Position numbers and translations under genes: made by a program. Below the pieces are notes generated by a model. It saw nothing but the letters and a program-made list of their open reading frames with translations. It ran no database searches and had not been told where the DNA came from. Positions 1 through 12,660 of a stretch of 64,000 nt of DNA are shown piece by piece. This DNA is from Trichoplax sp. H2 (taxonomy: Eukaryota): assembly GCA_003344405.1 (NCBI GenBank), contig NOWV01000003.1:868001-932000 (forward strand). The letters are read 5' to 3'. Every line of letters begins with the position of its first letter. Within the stretch, counting starts at the first letter, position 1.

Positions 1-3000
1 AGTTCCTGTGTTTCTTCGTTGGTGAATTTATCAGGTACTGCATTTTGTTTATCTAGCTGCATTGTTTAGAAATAAGTAAGCTCTCAATATTCGCCTTTTT
101 ATTGTAGCAAATGGAGTTAATACTTATCACCTACCCTGTTCCTAGCATATACTAAGAGCTTATGCACATGATCAACATTTGAAAGTCCTGAATTTGAACA
201 TATTCTAACAATGTCGGCGTTACTCTAGATGAGTACACAGACGCGTAATTAAGCTATTGTATAGAATTTATAATATGCAAATTTTTTTAAGTGTACACTA
301 TTTCAATAATCATCAGAAATTGTAATAGCACATGAAACCTTTATATTATCTAGCGTTTCTGTTAAAGTGTTGAATAAATTTCCTGGGGTATCAGGTGAGA
401 GATTGGAGTTAGCTTCGCTTGCGATCGCTTTTCCTAAAAGCCAATCCGCCTTCACCATATAAACGAGCTAAATTTTGCAAACATCCGAATAGAATTAATC
501 AGTATGTTAAGAATATTCTGATAACGTTAATAAGAAAAAATTTGCGATTTTTGACAAACAACGTTTATGAACCTGGATTTCTTCATCGCCAAATTGATAT
601 AAATGAGCGAAGTCGAGCGCTTCCTGATATCTTCCTTTGTGGAGTAGGTAACTAAATCTGTATGTATAGCGGAATCATCAGTATCTTATACAAGTAGGTG
701 AGCACAATTGAAAGTTTACCTTTGAGACGGCGATGATTCCCGTATAGATTTTACGCGCATAGCAGGTAAGCTTATAAGAAAATGAAAAATTAGTTATCTA
801 GTTTATTGAAGGGTAAATACGTTCTACTAATTGATTCTAGACATTGTAAATGTATACACGTATAACGTACCTATTATCATCACTGAATGATCGACTTTCA
901 ATGAAAAAGACATTATCCTGAAAATAAATATGTATGCCTGTGTTAGATACGGTATTCATATAGTAACTCTAAATATATGCGTGCCAACCTTATTTCCATT
1001 CATCTCAATTAAGTATGTCGAAGTTGACGCTGAAACGCTATATATCTTATGAAGGAACGGCATGGATAAGACATGAATGAAATAGTTCTAAAATGTAAAG
1101 AAACCACCAATAAAGTGAGCTGTTACTAACAGTACTATTAAAAGTGGTAAAGATCAACAACAACATAGACGATGCAACGATTGTGCTGATGTATTGCTTT
1201 TGGCTATTATACAATACAACATAATTATTGTGGCTGAACCTCATTTTCGTTAGATAAGATAAATAGCTTTTGCGAGTTAGGTTGCTTCTGGCTGAAGATA
1301 AAGTTGATAATAAGGTTTAAAATCTGGATAAATATGAAATATTTCATATCTTTAATATTGAAAGCGCACCGGTAGCTAAATACAGAATTATGGATTTTCA
1401 AGGAATCGGTGCCACATAAGAAATTTTCTACTTTATGTTCTTGCCATAATTTCATCATGAACAAGGTTAGTAACGAACAAGCCCAAAGGCTTAAAGATTT
1501 CTACAAGATATCACAAAGGAGCAAAGATTGACAAATAGATAGCACGCTATATGGTTGCCGTATATCAGAAATCTACGATAATAGCAGCAGAATTGCACAC
1601 AGTCTCCAAACGTACGTCGCTATGGAGGACCAATAGCAAATTGCGATCAACAAGACAGCATTTACAGATCGAAGTACCTAAAATGAAAGCTCCATTTTTA
1701 TAACATTGATCTCAGACAATAAAATTAATGAGTCACTAGCTTCTACGCTAACCTAAAAATTCAGAAGAAATCGAATGAACTACATTGTAGGTGTCTTCAC
1801 TTGGAATTTCTAAAACACATAAAGGTTCGTTTCCTTTACCCTAAAATTGAAAGCACATTATCGTTACAAACGTAGATAAGTTATCATAGATATTCATATA
1901 TTTAGTATGCTTTACCCCAATCACTAAAAGATACGATAACTCAAAGGTAGGTTGATATGTCATACAAACGGGCTCATCAATATATTGAGAAATATCATGG
2001 CTCAGTACTCGAATGTTATCTTTTATCTGTAATGATCAATTATAAGTTACCATAATATTGCATGTTAGCATTCCTTGACGATAGGTAATATTTGAAAAAG
2101 TTTTAAGAACTCTTAGATTAATTTACTATTCCAGGAAGAAAATAGCGGATAAAGTAGTGTGACAACGAAATATCTATAGGATAAAATTAGTTACTAACGA
2201 ACCTGTGATAACATTGGAATATTACCGCCATCAATAGCTTTAAATCAATAGTAACACAGTAGATTAATTTCAAAAATATTTGGACGTTAGATTGATTTCA
2301 AACGCTGTAGAACGATGGATAAACTAATATAGCGCTTACCCTTTAGTAGTTCTCTTAAATTTAGATGAGTAATTCTCATTAATAGTCCGGATGACATTAA
2401 AAGTAGTATCTGGCAATGATCCTCTGCGTGAAAGAAATATGATAAACTTATTTTAATGAAACCATTATCTTTTTGTGATGACTTAACAGCAGTGTACTAT
2501 CTTAACTTACAACCACTTACCATTTGATCTATCTGGTATTACCGCTATTGAACAAAATATTTTTTCATGTTTGTCAACGTTTACATCAATGATTTTCTGA
2601 AATAAATGTATTTCTTTAGCGCTATATTTTAGTTCATTGTTATATCTAAGCATTTGGTTAAACTGTAAAATAATTGGTCATGTTACTGTCATCGATGTGA
2701 TTCCTTACCTTAGAAAATAAAATTTGTTCTTTTTCAATATTTAAAAAGTGTAAACAGCCGGACCTGTAATTAAATTTAAACGAATCAATATTACTATGGT
2801 AAAAATCGGTATGATTTCGTATAGTACTAATATACTAAGTCCAGCCCGTAGATCGTAGCATGTTCGATTATTGCGATCTCAACTTGCCTATCTCCAATTA
2901 TGAGACAAGAACCGTCAATACTCCAAGCCAATGCATCAACCAAAGTTTCTAGGAAAGTAATTGTAACAAATATGCATTATGCGTTTAATTATATTATCCT

Positions 3001-4740
3001 AGATGTTGACGAAATTAACTACAAAGATGAATATACAAAGATAATAATAGAATAAAAAGCTATTTATACATACAGTATACTGTATTATGCATAATTACAT
3101 ACATACTACCGTCCTTATTAATAAGGCAAGTAAATTATATCGTTTACAACCTAAGTCTCACAGCTGTAGCAGAGTATAGTTCGTGTAATCTTTACAAACA
3201 GAGCATTCTTTATAGTATCTTCATACTTGATAAAATAACTATAGTTCACCGTACACAAATGTATGGCAAATCGATCATAAATAGTAAGGAAAAATGGAAC
3301 GTTGGGAGTAATTTGAAATGCAGATAGCTGCTTTAAAGTTTGCTCTCTATGTTTACACACTGCGCGAATTAGTTATTACGGTGCATTAGAAACTATAAAA
3401 GCGAGTCTTACAGTATAATAACTTTACTGGTTAATACTTGCTATCAATTTGTGTATATAAGCCGGTAATATGTGTACGTATAGCACACTAATTATAGAGT
3501 TTCTTCAAGTAATAACTGCAGTAAGGTGTTTTTCTCTCATTAAAAGGCATGAAAGATAACCGGTGGGTGCTTATTAGAGTAGGCAATAACGAACATCACT
3601 AAAATTTCTGTAACCTTCTCTTTAAAACGGAGTTGGTCAGTTTACAACTAAATCTATTCTAAATTTTTAAAGAATTGATCGAAGGCTAGGATCATGGCTA
3701 TCTCATTATAAAAATCGTTAAGATGGCTGCTCCGAATGTATATTGAAGTATGTTTACTTTCAGGGGATTATTTGTCTTGGTCATGTTTCAATACTATATA
3801 CAGCCAATAAATAAATACAATCAATGATATTGTACAATCTCGGCATGATTTAGTACTTAGAATTACTTAAATATGAAAACATTAAAGGTATACAAAACAC
3901 TATATTATGGTTTCTGTATTATACCAAATTTGATGGTTGTTTTATGTAATAGACCAGCTGTGGCGTCAAAAAGGAGCAAGTTACTATCGATGGCAATACA
4001 AAGATGTTCCTCGTTTGCTATTCCTAAAACGCTTGGATTATTTTCCACCTGTTATAGACGTAGATTAAAATATCATTTCCATTGTAGGATGTAGTTTTAC
4101 AAAGTAGTTTACAGCTATTCAGTCACTATAGGTATGTTTGAGAGATAAAACGAATGATGTATTACTATTAAATATAAATTAGTATTGACCATTTAATATA
4201 CTGTACTGTATGTTCTAATTTACAGCTGTTGTGATATGTAGAAATAAAAGAACACATTTATAAACTCTTTGAAGACTCGTGAGAATTCTGTAACTTTGGA
4301 ACAGATACTGTAGAGTGCACAATTTAAATTACTACTTTAAATAATCATTAAATATAGTATACATTTAATCTACTATTGCTATTTGAACATAGGGGATTAC
4401 AGTGCATAAAATCATTCAATTCAAAACACATATCAAATCTGCAGTATTTTGACCTAAGAAACTTCCACTGTTGTATACTAACATCAGATATGGCTGTACT
4501 TTATGTATCAGTATAATAATCTATGATTTAAATAGATAGTATTCTAAATATTATAACTATAGCATCGCACAGTAAATTAACCAATTGTGCATTATGTGCA
4601 CTCACATTTTGCGTTGCTTTGACAATGGCAACATTATCTAATTGAAAAACTGGATTATCTTGAATCTTCTTAGGGGTAAGTAAACTGGTTACACAGTCGT
4701 CACCAGCGGAAATCGATACATCTAGGCTTTCCCAAGACAT
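1..4740 (-). CDS. KNTC1: Kinetochore-associated protein 1 (Rough deal, RZZ complex); 5' part of a multi-exon gene running off the left edge
   Basis: Exons 4606-4740 (MSWESLDVSISAGDD...), 3925-4048 (VENNPSVLGIANEEHLCIAIDSNLLLFD), 2888-2948 (TLVDALAWSIDGSCLIIGDR), then SGCLHFLNIEKEQILFSK. Later exons give FSYLLHKGRYQEALDFAHLY, LVYMVKADWLL and HKLLVYARNR. These are collinear with Rod segments as I recall them (GERSGNLHL, RLLHKHRFAEAESFA, LVYKVK). Phases are consistent where checked. Confidence 0.85.
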
Positions 4741-5699
4741 TTCTTTCCTTTTACGTTACTGAGGGATCTGGCAAAAGTTGAATTCAAATAGACCTCTACG
4801 TAAGCGTATGACAGTATGCATGATATTAAATGGATGTGTATATTTTTACGTTGACAAAAGCTGTATAGATGCAAGTGTATGCATCATGCAACACAGACGT
4901 ATTTCATTGACTAAAATAGTAAAGAAAAATGATAGAGTGCAATGGACTATCGTTGGCGCTGCAGTCTTTTATAATCCTTCTGACCAAGAGCATATACAAG
5001 TATTGTTGCTAATTTTGCTTCCTTGTATACAGTAGCTGATTATAGCGAGTATGAATGTAATAAAGCAATCAAGTAAAGGAAACTTCAGATATTGAAATCA
5101 AGGATTATTACTGCTATGTGCTAGACATAAAATATGTATAATCCATTGCAGTTTTATGATCTGGGAGGTGAACCGTGGTCACTCCATGGCTACGCTACAC
5201 CTCAGAGAATGGGATTTTCACTTAGTAAACATTTGGATTAATGCTATGATTGAAGGAGGATTTTCCAACTACACAGAGAGTTTATATTTAGTCAGTCATT
5301 CATATCCATTGTACAGTATGCACCGTAAATGCAGTCCCTTTCCACTAGGCATTGGTGAGCGTTAAAATTGCAGATTCATTTAGCAGTATCATTTTATAAT
5401 CTGTAGTTATTTAACAATTGAATAGTACGTTATAATCATCAACCACTTAAGGCAATCGTGATTGTTGGACAGTATCCCTTTCAGATTGCAAAATAAGCTT
5501 TTTACTTTTTACAGTCTAGAACGCTACGACTACATACAGTGTGCAGTAAACGTTTCTGATGCTACACTTGAGTCATGTTTACGTACGCTCATCATCGTCT
5601 CACAACTAAAAAGTAAATTGTTACTTTATGAAGTTTGGTAAACGTAATCTTACCTTCTTCCGAGATTAGCTTAAAATATCGTCTATCAGACAGTTCGTA

Positions 5700-6310
5700 A
5701 AATAAAAAGGTTATTGCATATTTGAAACAGTTTAGCCAAAGGTTTTTGATTGAGAATGATGATATTGCCCTTGTCCAAGGTCTTGGCATTCCACTCTCTT
5801 TTCTCATACGGACTCGTAACTGTACTAGACTGACTGTACAGGATGGTGTAGACTCATGCCCAGTATGGTCACTTCACCGACTGATCGACTCACACAGTCA
5901 ATAAGAAGTAGTTTATCAGTAGGCACGGTACCAAACTTAAGGACGCTCTGCAGCATTTAATACAGTACCCTAACCAGTTTCCATGCACTACACTCACACT
6001 GATTTTCCGACTTTTCCCGCTAAAAACCCAAATCAAAAATTTTCCAAACAAAAGGTACAGTCCGTCCAGCACAGTACATGTACTGTAGCTGCAGTGTACA
6101 TTGTACTGTACTACCGTAAAATTGGAGTGGTAGTGTAGTGCACTAAGCAACCAACTTGTTGCATCGTCAACCCTTGTATGGTCCTGCACACGGTACTGTA
6201 TTTTACCGTATTACGGCCCAGTACAGTACCAGTTACTCGGCAGTGATCTACAGACAACCGCCATCATATCGTCGTCAAGCGTCCGTCAATGGACCCCAGT
6301 AGATAACGGG
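5700..6310. promoter_or_regulatory. Probable bidirectional promoter of KNTC1 and the sororin-like gene
   Basis: Minus-strand donor (AAG|GTAAGA) near 5650 and plus-strand donor (GG|GTAAGC) at 6310 imply diverging non-coding first exons. E2F consensus TTTCCCGC at 6013-6020, TTTGAA at 5721-5726, and clustered CAGTA/TACTG motifs. Confidence 0.55.
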
Positions 6311-7393
6311 TAAGCGCAGACATGATTGCAATAAATTAAAGTAAAGAAATACAAGTAGATTAAAGTTCTAATATAGAGGAAATTTAGTATTGCAGTTAAA
6401 TCGGTCCATGTTGTAAGTTATCAGCGATTTTCGTGAAAAAAATTTCGATCAAATGATTTCAAAAGTGTATATACTGTAGTGGCCAGGCTATGTTAAAATC
6501 TTCAAAAACGGACACATCCTGCCCAATTATAAAACCAAATTAATTAATCCCTTTTTTTTCAAATATTATTTATCGACTATTCAAGATAAAATATTGCTGT
6601 AGTTGCTAAAAAATTCTGTATTGTATGTTCACCGACTTGATATTTAATGAATGGTTAAACCAGAATTCTTGATTCCTTCTTCTACAGTACAGTATCTTGT
6701 TAACGCATCAGTTTATACTACTGTAGTTGTTTTCAACGCCGCAAATCCTCTGTACAATGTGATCCCTTTTAAAACTTTGATATGTTTGCATAGTAAAAAC
6801 GAGAACGAAGACGCACAAAAATACCAATCATTATTAAAACTATGTATTTGTGATCAATATTGTACGAATTGATGCAAAAATTACAATGTCTAGTGTAAGG
6901 GATCGCTTCGTGCATGGAGTCTATACGCAGAAAATAGTGATCACACGAGACGATTAGATAATTCTTTCTTCTCAACTTTCATACGCGCTATTGACGTTTC
7001 CTCACCTAGTGAAAGTAAAAATAATGCTGTAAGCTGGTATCAAGTTGCAGTATCTTACCGCTGTAGAGGCTTCTGCATCACTACGAAAAAGAATGCATAC
7101 AGTACAGTGCAATCTTGTGTAAATCAGATTAAGTGCTTCCTTTACAGTTGTGTAAAAATATCGCTATTCCAAGGCAAATTGATAGGCCGTGTGATGCTGT
7201 CAGGTAGTTTAGTGACCATAATTTCTTGTAAATTTACACTCTAAAATGTTACAGCTAAGCGGGAATAAACAGTACTCTAGGAAATCGTTTCACTTCCAAT
7301 AATTATCAATGGAAAGCATGCATGCATTAGCTAATTCTAAGTCCTAAATTGCAATTGTATGTTAGATTAGAATACATTTGTAATCAATATACA

Positions 7394-8878
7394 ATGGAAG
7401 AAAGAAAGTTAAGATCTCGAAAAAGGAAAACAAGGAGTAATTTATCGGTAAGTACATATGTAAGGCATGGCATATCCTTACTGTAAAATGCTTAGCTACT
7501 TTGTGAACATATCATAAAGTGTGAACTTAATTTAAATTTACGTCATGAATTTTATGAACTGATCTGATATGCCTTATCCTAGTACTACGTCTATACTCCT
7601 ATGCTGATCATAAACCGTTAAGTACAGAATAGTCTCCATTACGCATCAAAAGTCCTTACGACATGCAGATCTGCTTAGTATTTGCCAAAAAGCGAGTGGG
7701 TTAGATGATTGCCGGTATTCGTGCATCATTACTAATTGTACAATTCATGTACTCTACAGTAGAGGTTATCACTTGAAATACATTGGTATACTGTACAGTA
7801 AGTCTTAAATTAATATGTACAGTAATATCAATTTGCAGTAGTGATATACGATATGGTAGCCGATTGAACTATCTAAAATTACTTTTAAAGGCAATTGTAG
7901 TCCATGATCATATTACTCAATGAATACAAATTAAGCTTTATTTTTACAAAATAATTTCATCATGCAAGAGATAAGTAAATACGAGTGCACTAATTTCTGC
8001 GGTATTTTGCTAAATCTAATTGATGTACACAATTAAAATGACCTGCAATTTTATGCACGAATCTGATGTACTTTCGCGTAATATGATATAGTATGTTAAA
8101 TTGAGAATTTGATGTGATAGCTCGGTCGTTTAACAGTCTGGCCTATTTATGGAGCGCCTAATTTTTACACAGATTAAATACAGATCATAATTATTTGTTC
8201 CTAACCTTTCCTTCAATTATATTTGTTGTATAAACCCTAGGAAAATGATAAAGAGAAAGAACTATTGCCAGGGCTTAGATCTGAGCTATTTGATTCCCCT
8301 AATAAACTTAATACACCGGCCAATATCAAATTTTCAAGTACCTTAGACGAATCAAATAATCTTGTATTAGAAGATTCCTGTTTTGGATTTAACTTCTTAG
8401 AATCTGAACTCGAATCCTTGCCCACATCACCTACAAAATCGGTTTCTTCTGTTACATCTTCAATGTATTCGATGAACGATAACTGCAAACCTGCTCATAG
8501 GAGAGCATCTAGGTCTTATTCTAGGATTCCTTTACAAGAAATTGACAATGAACAACCCTCTAAGAAAAAATCTAAAAAATCTAAGAAAGCCAAATTAGAG
8601 GTATAGTAACGAGATCAAGGTCAAATAGTTAATTTTACACATATCCAATGTTATCCTAGACAAATGTATGCATAACATGTACGTTACATATACCTATTAT
8701 AATCTAAAATTTTACCACTGTATTTACCAAAGATACTATTCAAAATTTAATGCATGGTTCGTAAATCCTAATAAGCTGTTATCTATCTAATTAGGACGAA
8801 CGTGACCGTAAAGATTGGATAGAAAGCGTTACCTCGGAATTTGATATGATTGGCTCTCATGAATTGAAAATTGTCTAG
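7394..8878 (+). CDS. CDCA5: Sororin-like cohesin regulator, 165 aa, 3 coding exons
   Basis: Exons 7394-7447 (MEERKLRSRKRKTRSNLS), 8241-8600 and 8795-8878 are all phase 0 with GT-AG ends. FGF motif (SCFGF, 8382-8390), basic patch KKKSKKSKKAK, and C-terminus DWIESVTSEFDMIGSHELKIV* resembling the sororin domain (human EWAAAMNAEFEAAEQFDLLVE). Confidence 0.8.
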
Positions 8879-11123
8879 TGTGCATAATACGGCCTATTTG
8901 GTGTAAATTGTTCACTTGGAATTGCTTTTGTGATATTGGACAGCGCATCAATTTAATTTTGTACAAATTTATACGATACCTAAATATTATTTATATGATA
9001 CGTGTATGCTGTTATCATTCGTTAATCAATTTTAAATGTACTAGAATTTAAACGATCGTTTTACAAGTATGCGCTATCGTGGCGTTTTTATTGTAGTTTA
9101 ATTTCTTCCAGTAACCGAAGGCAGCTGAACCTAAATTCGATTAATTATTGTCACCCCAGATCAATACCAGCTACCACGTAATAAGTTATCTTTATACTGT
9201 ATATACGTACATATATATATCTATAAAATACGGCTGTAATGTTACGGTGAGGCTTTGTTCGCTTCAGTATATTCTCTTTTAAATAACTGGTGAAGTTTAT
9301 CTGTTTACGGTGCAGCATAAACTGCTCTAAACATCTGTAATCTGTAATTGTCAAACTTCTTAGTTTATTTTCCGATAGCTATAGAGTATTAGTATCCAAA
9401 TACATGAATAAAATACGGTATTATGAAAGAGCATGCATGGTATCTGCTCAAAAGTTTGACTTATTTACTACATGATTTGCTCAGTAGGGCTCTGGATTTG
9501 AGTTATCTAATGGACTATGGTATGACCAGGAGTCTATTAGGAGTAACGGTGCTACGTCTCTTGAGTGGTGATGCAATATGCGTTTGTACAGGTTAAGTAG
9601 TATTCTTAGTAAAATTCAATACGTTACTCCAAAGTGCCATCATTGTTTTGGTCTCGTAATGCTATGACTGATAACTCGTCTTCAAATAATGTAGTTTATA
9701 GTATATGAGTAGCGAGGTTTCTCGTCAAGTATCGTATACGAGTACAGTTATGCGAGACTAAAATTCAGAATCGATCTTCATCATTAGTGATAATAAAGCT
9801 TATACGAAAAAAGATATTACATATTCAACCAGATTTAATTGCTGGTCATCATATACCCTGTAAAGGCGCTATTTTATATTCCATGATACACTGTCATACG
9901 TGTTATACAAAAGACAAAGAAGATCATTCATTATACCATTAAATAGGTCTCTTTCTAGAAATTCCTAGTGCAAGTAAATGCTCCTATATATATTTCTTGA
10001 ATTTCTTGTAAGAGGTAAAAAGTTATAGTGGTATATGATAGCTATAATCCTTCATTTAACAATATACAACGATAACTCCCCTGAATAGTAATTGTGCTGA
10101 TGAAATTAATTAATAAATATATGCTTAGACTCTATGTAATGCAATATAGAGCCATTAACGCATCATGAAGAGTGCTGAGTGAGAATAATGAATCGCAGCA
10201 ATATCTACACCGCATTTTAATACATTGTGACTGGAATACTACTCTGTTGTTGATACAGACAATAAACTCTGTAAAGTTAAAATGTAAAGGATTTAGTTTT
10301 TAGGGTGAACTATGAGATACAATTAATTGGCTAAATTGCTCTAACTGATTAGTATTACCGGTATTACTTTAATAAATAACTTATGCAATCATACTGTCGA
10401 ATTTATGCTAAATTGTTACATATTGTACGTGTTCAACATTGACTTTGCTATGTATGATATAAGCGTATCCAAAGTTTCGCGATCCATATCATTTTCTTAG
10501 AGACAGGAATTGAAGTAAGCAATACAGTAACTGATTACACTCAGTATGGTCCTATATTTTACAACTTACGCAAATGTGATTAGGCTACTCGATCTAAACT
10601 TTACTGCAATGCACTCGTATTTTATATTCAGGTATACAATATAGGTATTCTCATGAAAAATCTGAGCGTCGCTATCGATTTAGATTGAGTGTATTTGCAT
10701 TTTAAAAGCTCCTCATATGTATAGGATAGTGATACACATTATACGAACATTCGTAAATTTAGAGTTGTATTCTGGAAATGTCTAAAGTTATCTACGATAA
10801 TTATTTTACTGATCCAGTATTACGATAATCATGACGTTGTGGTATATCATCTCAGTACTGTACATTAGTAAGTACAGTATATATACAGTAAGTACATTAC
10901 GATACGTAATGGAATTTGGCCTTAATAAGATCTACCGATAAAAAGTGTCAAACTGAGGTAACTATAGTATTCCACTAGTATCAGATGGCGATATATTTAG
11001 GATTGCTATTTCCATTCATTATACACAAAAGATTAGATACATTATTCGCCGCAGATGACATGTACGTAAGTAAAATGTCAATATAGAATTAAAGTACAGT
11101 AGACGTATACTCCACTAATCTTA

Positions 11124-11261
11124 TAAGTTAGTCCGTGTAGTGACTGTATAATTTAATAAGTTAGTCTATGTAGTGACTGTATAATTTGGTAAGTTAGTCT
11201 ATGTAGCGACTGTATAATTTTATAAGTTAGTCTATCATGCTCAGTAGTGACGGTATAATTT
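11124..11261. repeat. Minisatellite, 33-bp unit, about 4 copies
   Basis: Unit TAAGTTAGTCTATGTAGTGACTGTATAATTTNN is tandemly repeated; the last copy carries a short insertion. Confidence 0.9.
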
Positions 11262-12399
11262 CCACAAATGGGGGCAATACTCGTCGTATACGCGTATTTT
11301 TGCTTTCATATTATCGTTTAGAGTAACAAGCCCGCATCATGCCCGCGAGACTTCGATCTAATAATAATGAATAATAATATTATATCTACTAATACAGTGT
11401 TATATAATATGAAATCAATCTTAAAAATGCGAATCTATTTTTACAATAATTAATGCTGTTGGTTACGTATTTAATTAGAATAATTAATTCTATCATAATA
11501 TAGTCATTTTATCAATGTATCGCTACCACCAGTACTGTATGTGGTCAGTGTACCATAATAGTCGATGATAACACTACTGTACTCCTAGAATAATGTATCA
11601 TCGTTTAAGCTATTTACGCTGAGTATCTGAATAATCGGGGTTATTATGGCTGGGGCCTACTGTACGTCCACAGAAAGTGCACTATTGACAGCAGATGTTT
11701 ACTGATTGAGCGACCACCTTCTAGCTAGTTCTAGCCATTTTATAACGCTAGTTCTGGTATATTGTATGACTGCATGTACCTGCTGTACTCTGATCTAAAA
11801 CAATGCGTACAATTGCACAGTAAAAAATACAAGTACTGTATAATACAGCTCGTCCATACAATAGACGAAATAGAATGGCGAGACTTCTACCAACTTCTAG
11901 TGCTTCCACCAGTCTATTAATAATAATAATACTGGAAGCAAATAATTACAGAATGTATGACCTCTGAATTACAGTAAAATGACAATACAGCAATAATTCA
12001 TCAATAGAATTGCTAATTACTTTAACAGAGTAAACAACAATATCCTGTATCTGTTGTGGCAGTAAGGTAGAATATTCTGGGGTCATCTCGACAGTATGTA
12101 GCAGTTCAAATAAATTCAAATATCCGCAAATAACCTTCCAAGTTTAGAAAACTGTGTTACTTTGTTCCGCCTCTTTCATACAAACCCTCCAAATAAATCA
12201 TTCATTTATCAAGCACAACGTAGGGATGTTTACGTGAGTTTATGTACGACGCGTTAACTGTGTAAAGTATGACTTGAAATCATCTTCCAATTTTTTTTTT
12301 TTCACTACTGTGATCGCTAGAAAGACGAAGCATTAACAACGCAAATAACGCAAACACGAGCACGAGAATATTAGGTTAAGTGACTTCAGTTGATGTCGA

Positions 12400-12660
12400 A
12401 TAAAGGTCATCGCTGAAAGAAAAGAAACAATACTATTATTTCAAACACAGCCATTATAGAGGTGGCACGTGCATAGGGTATAAAACATAAATGACAAAAC
12501 ACCACTTGGTAAAGCTTTGAATCGTTGCACGTAAGTTATACAACAGTCCAATCGACTAGCAGTTGCTTAACGGAGGCAGTGGTGATTTGCGATCTACTTA
12601 GAATTCATTTTGCGGGCTTGTACGCCAAGAAATGTAAAATAAAAACAACAAGCCAGGTAA
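12400..12660 (+). promoter_or_regulatory. Candidate promoter and non-coding leader exon of pyruvate carboxylase
   Basis: AGGTCA at 12404-12409, CACGTG at 12466-12471, TATAAAA at 12479-12485, and a strong donor CAG|GTAAGT at 12657. The PC ATG directly follows an acceptor (TTACAG|ATG, 14757), so an upstream exon is expected. Confidence 0.45.

Noticed and set aside
7471..7480. ATATCCTT resembling a U12-type donor
   Set aside because: It lies inside an intron, 24 nt after a strong in-phase GTAAGT donor, and is not needed for the frame.
11124..11261. CRISPR-like appearance of the 33-bp repeats
   Set aside because: The units are tandem without unique spacers, there are no cas genes, and the context is eukaryotic.
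9400..12000. Possible hidden gene between sororin and PC (exon-like pieces near 9510-9590 and 11620-11730)
   Set aside because: I could not build a phase-consistent model or recognise a product.
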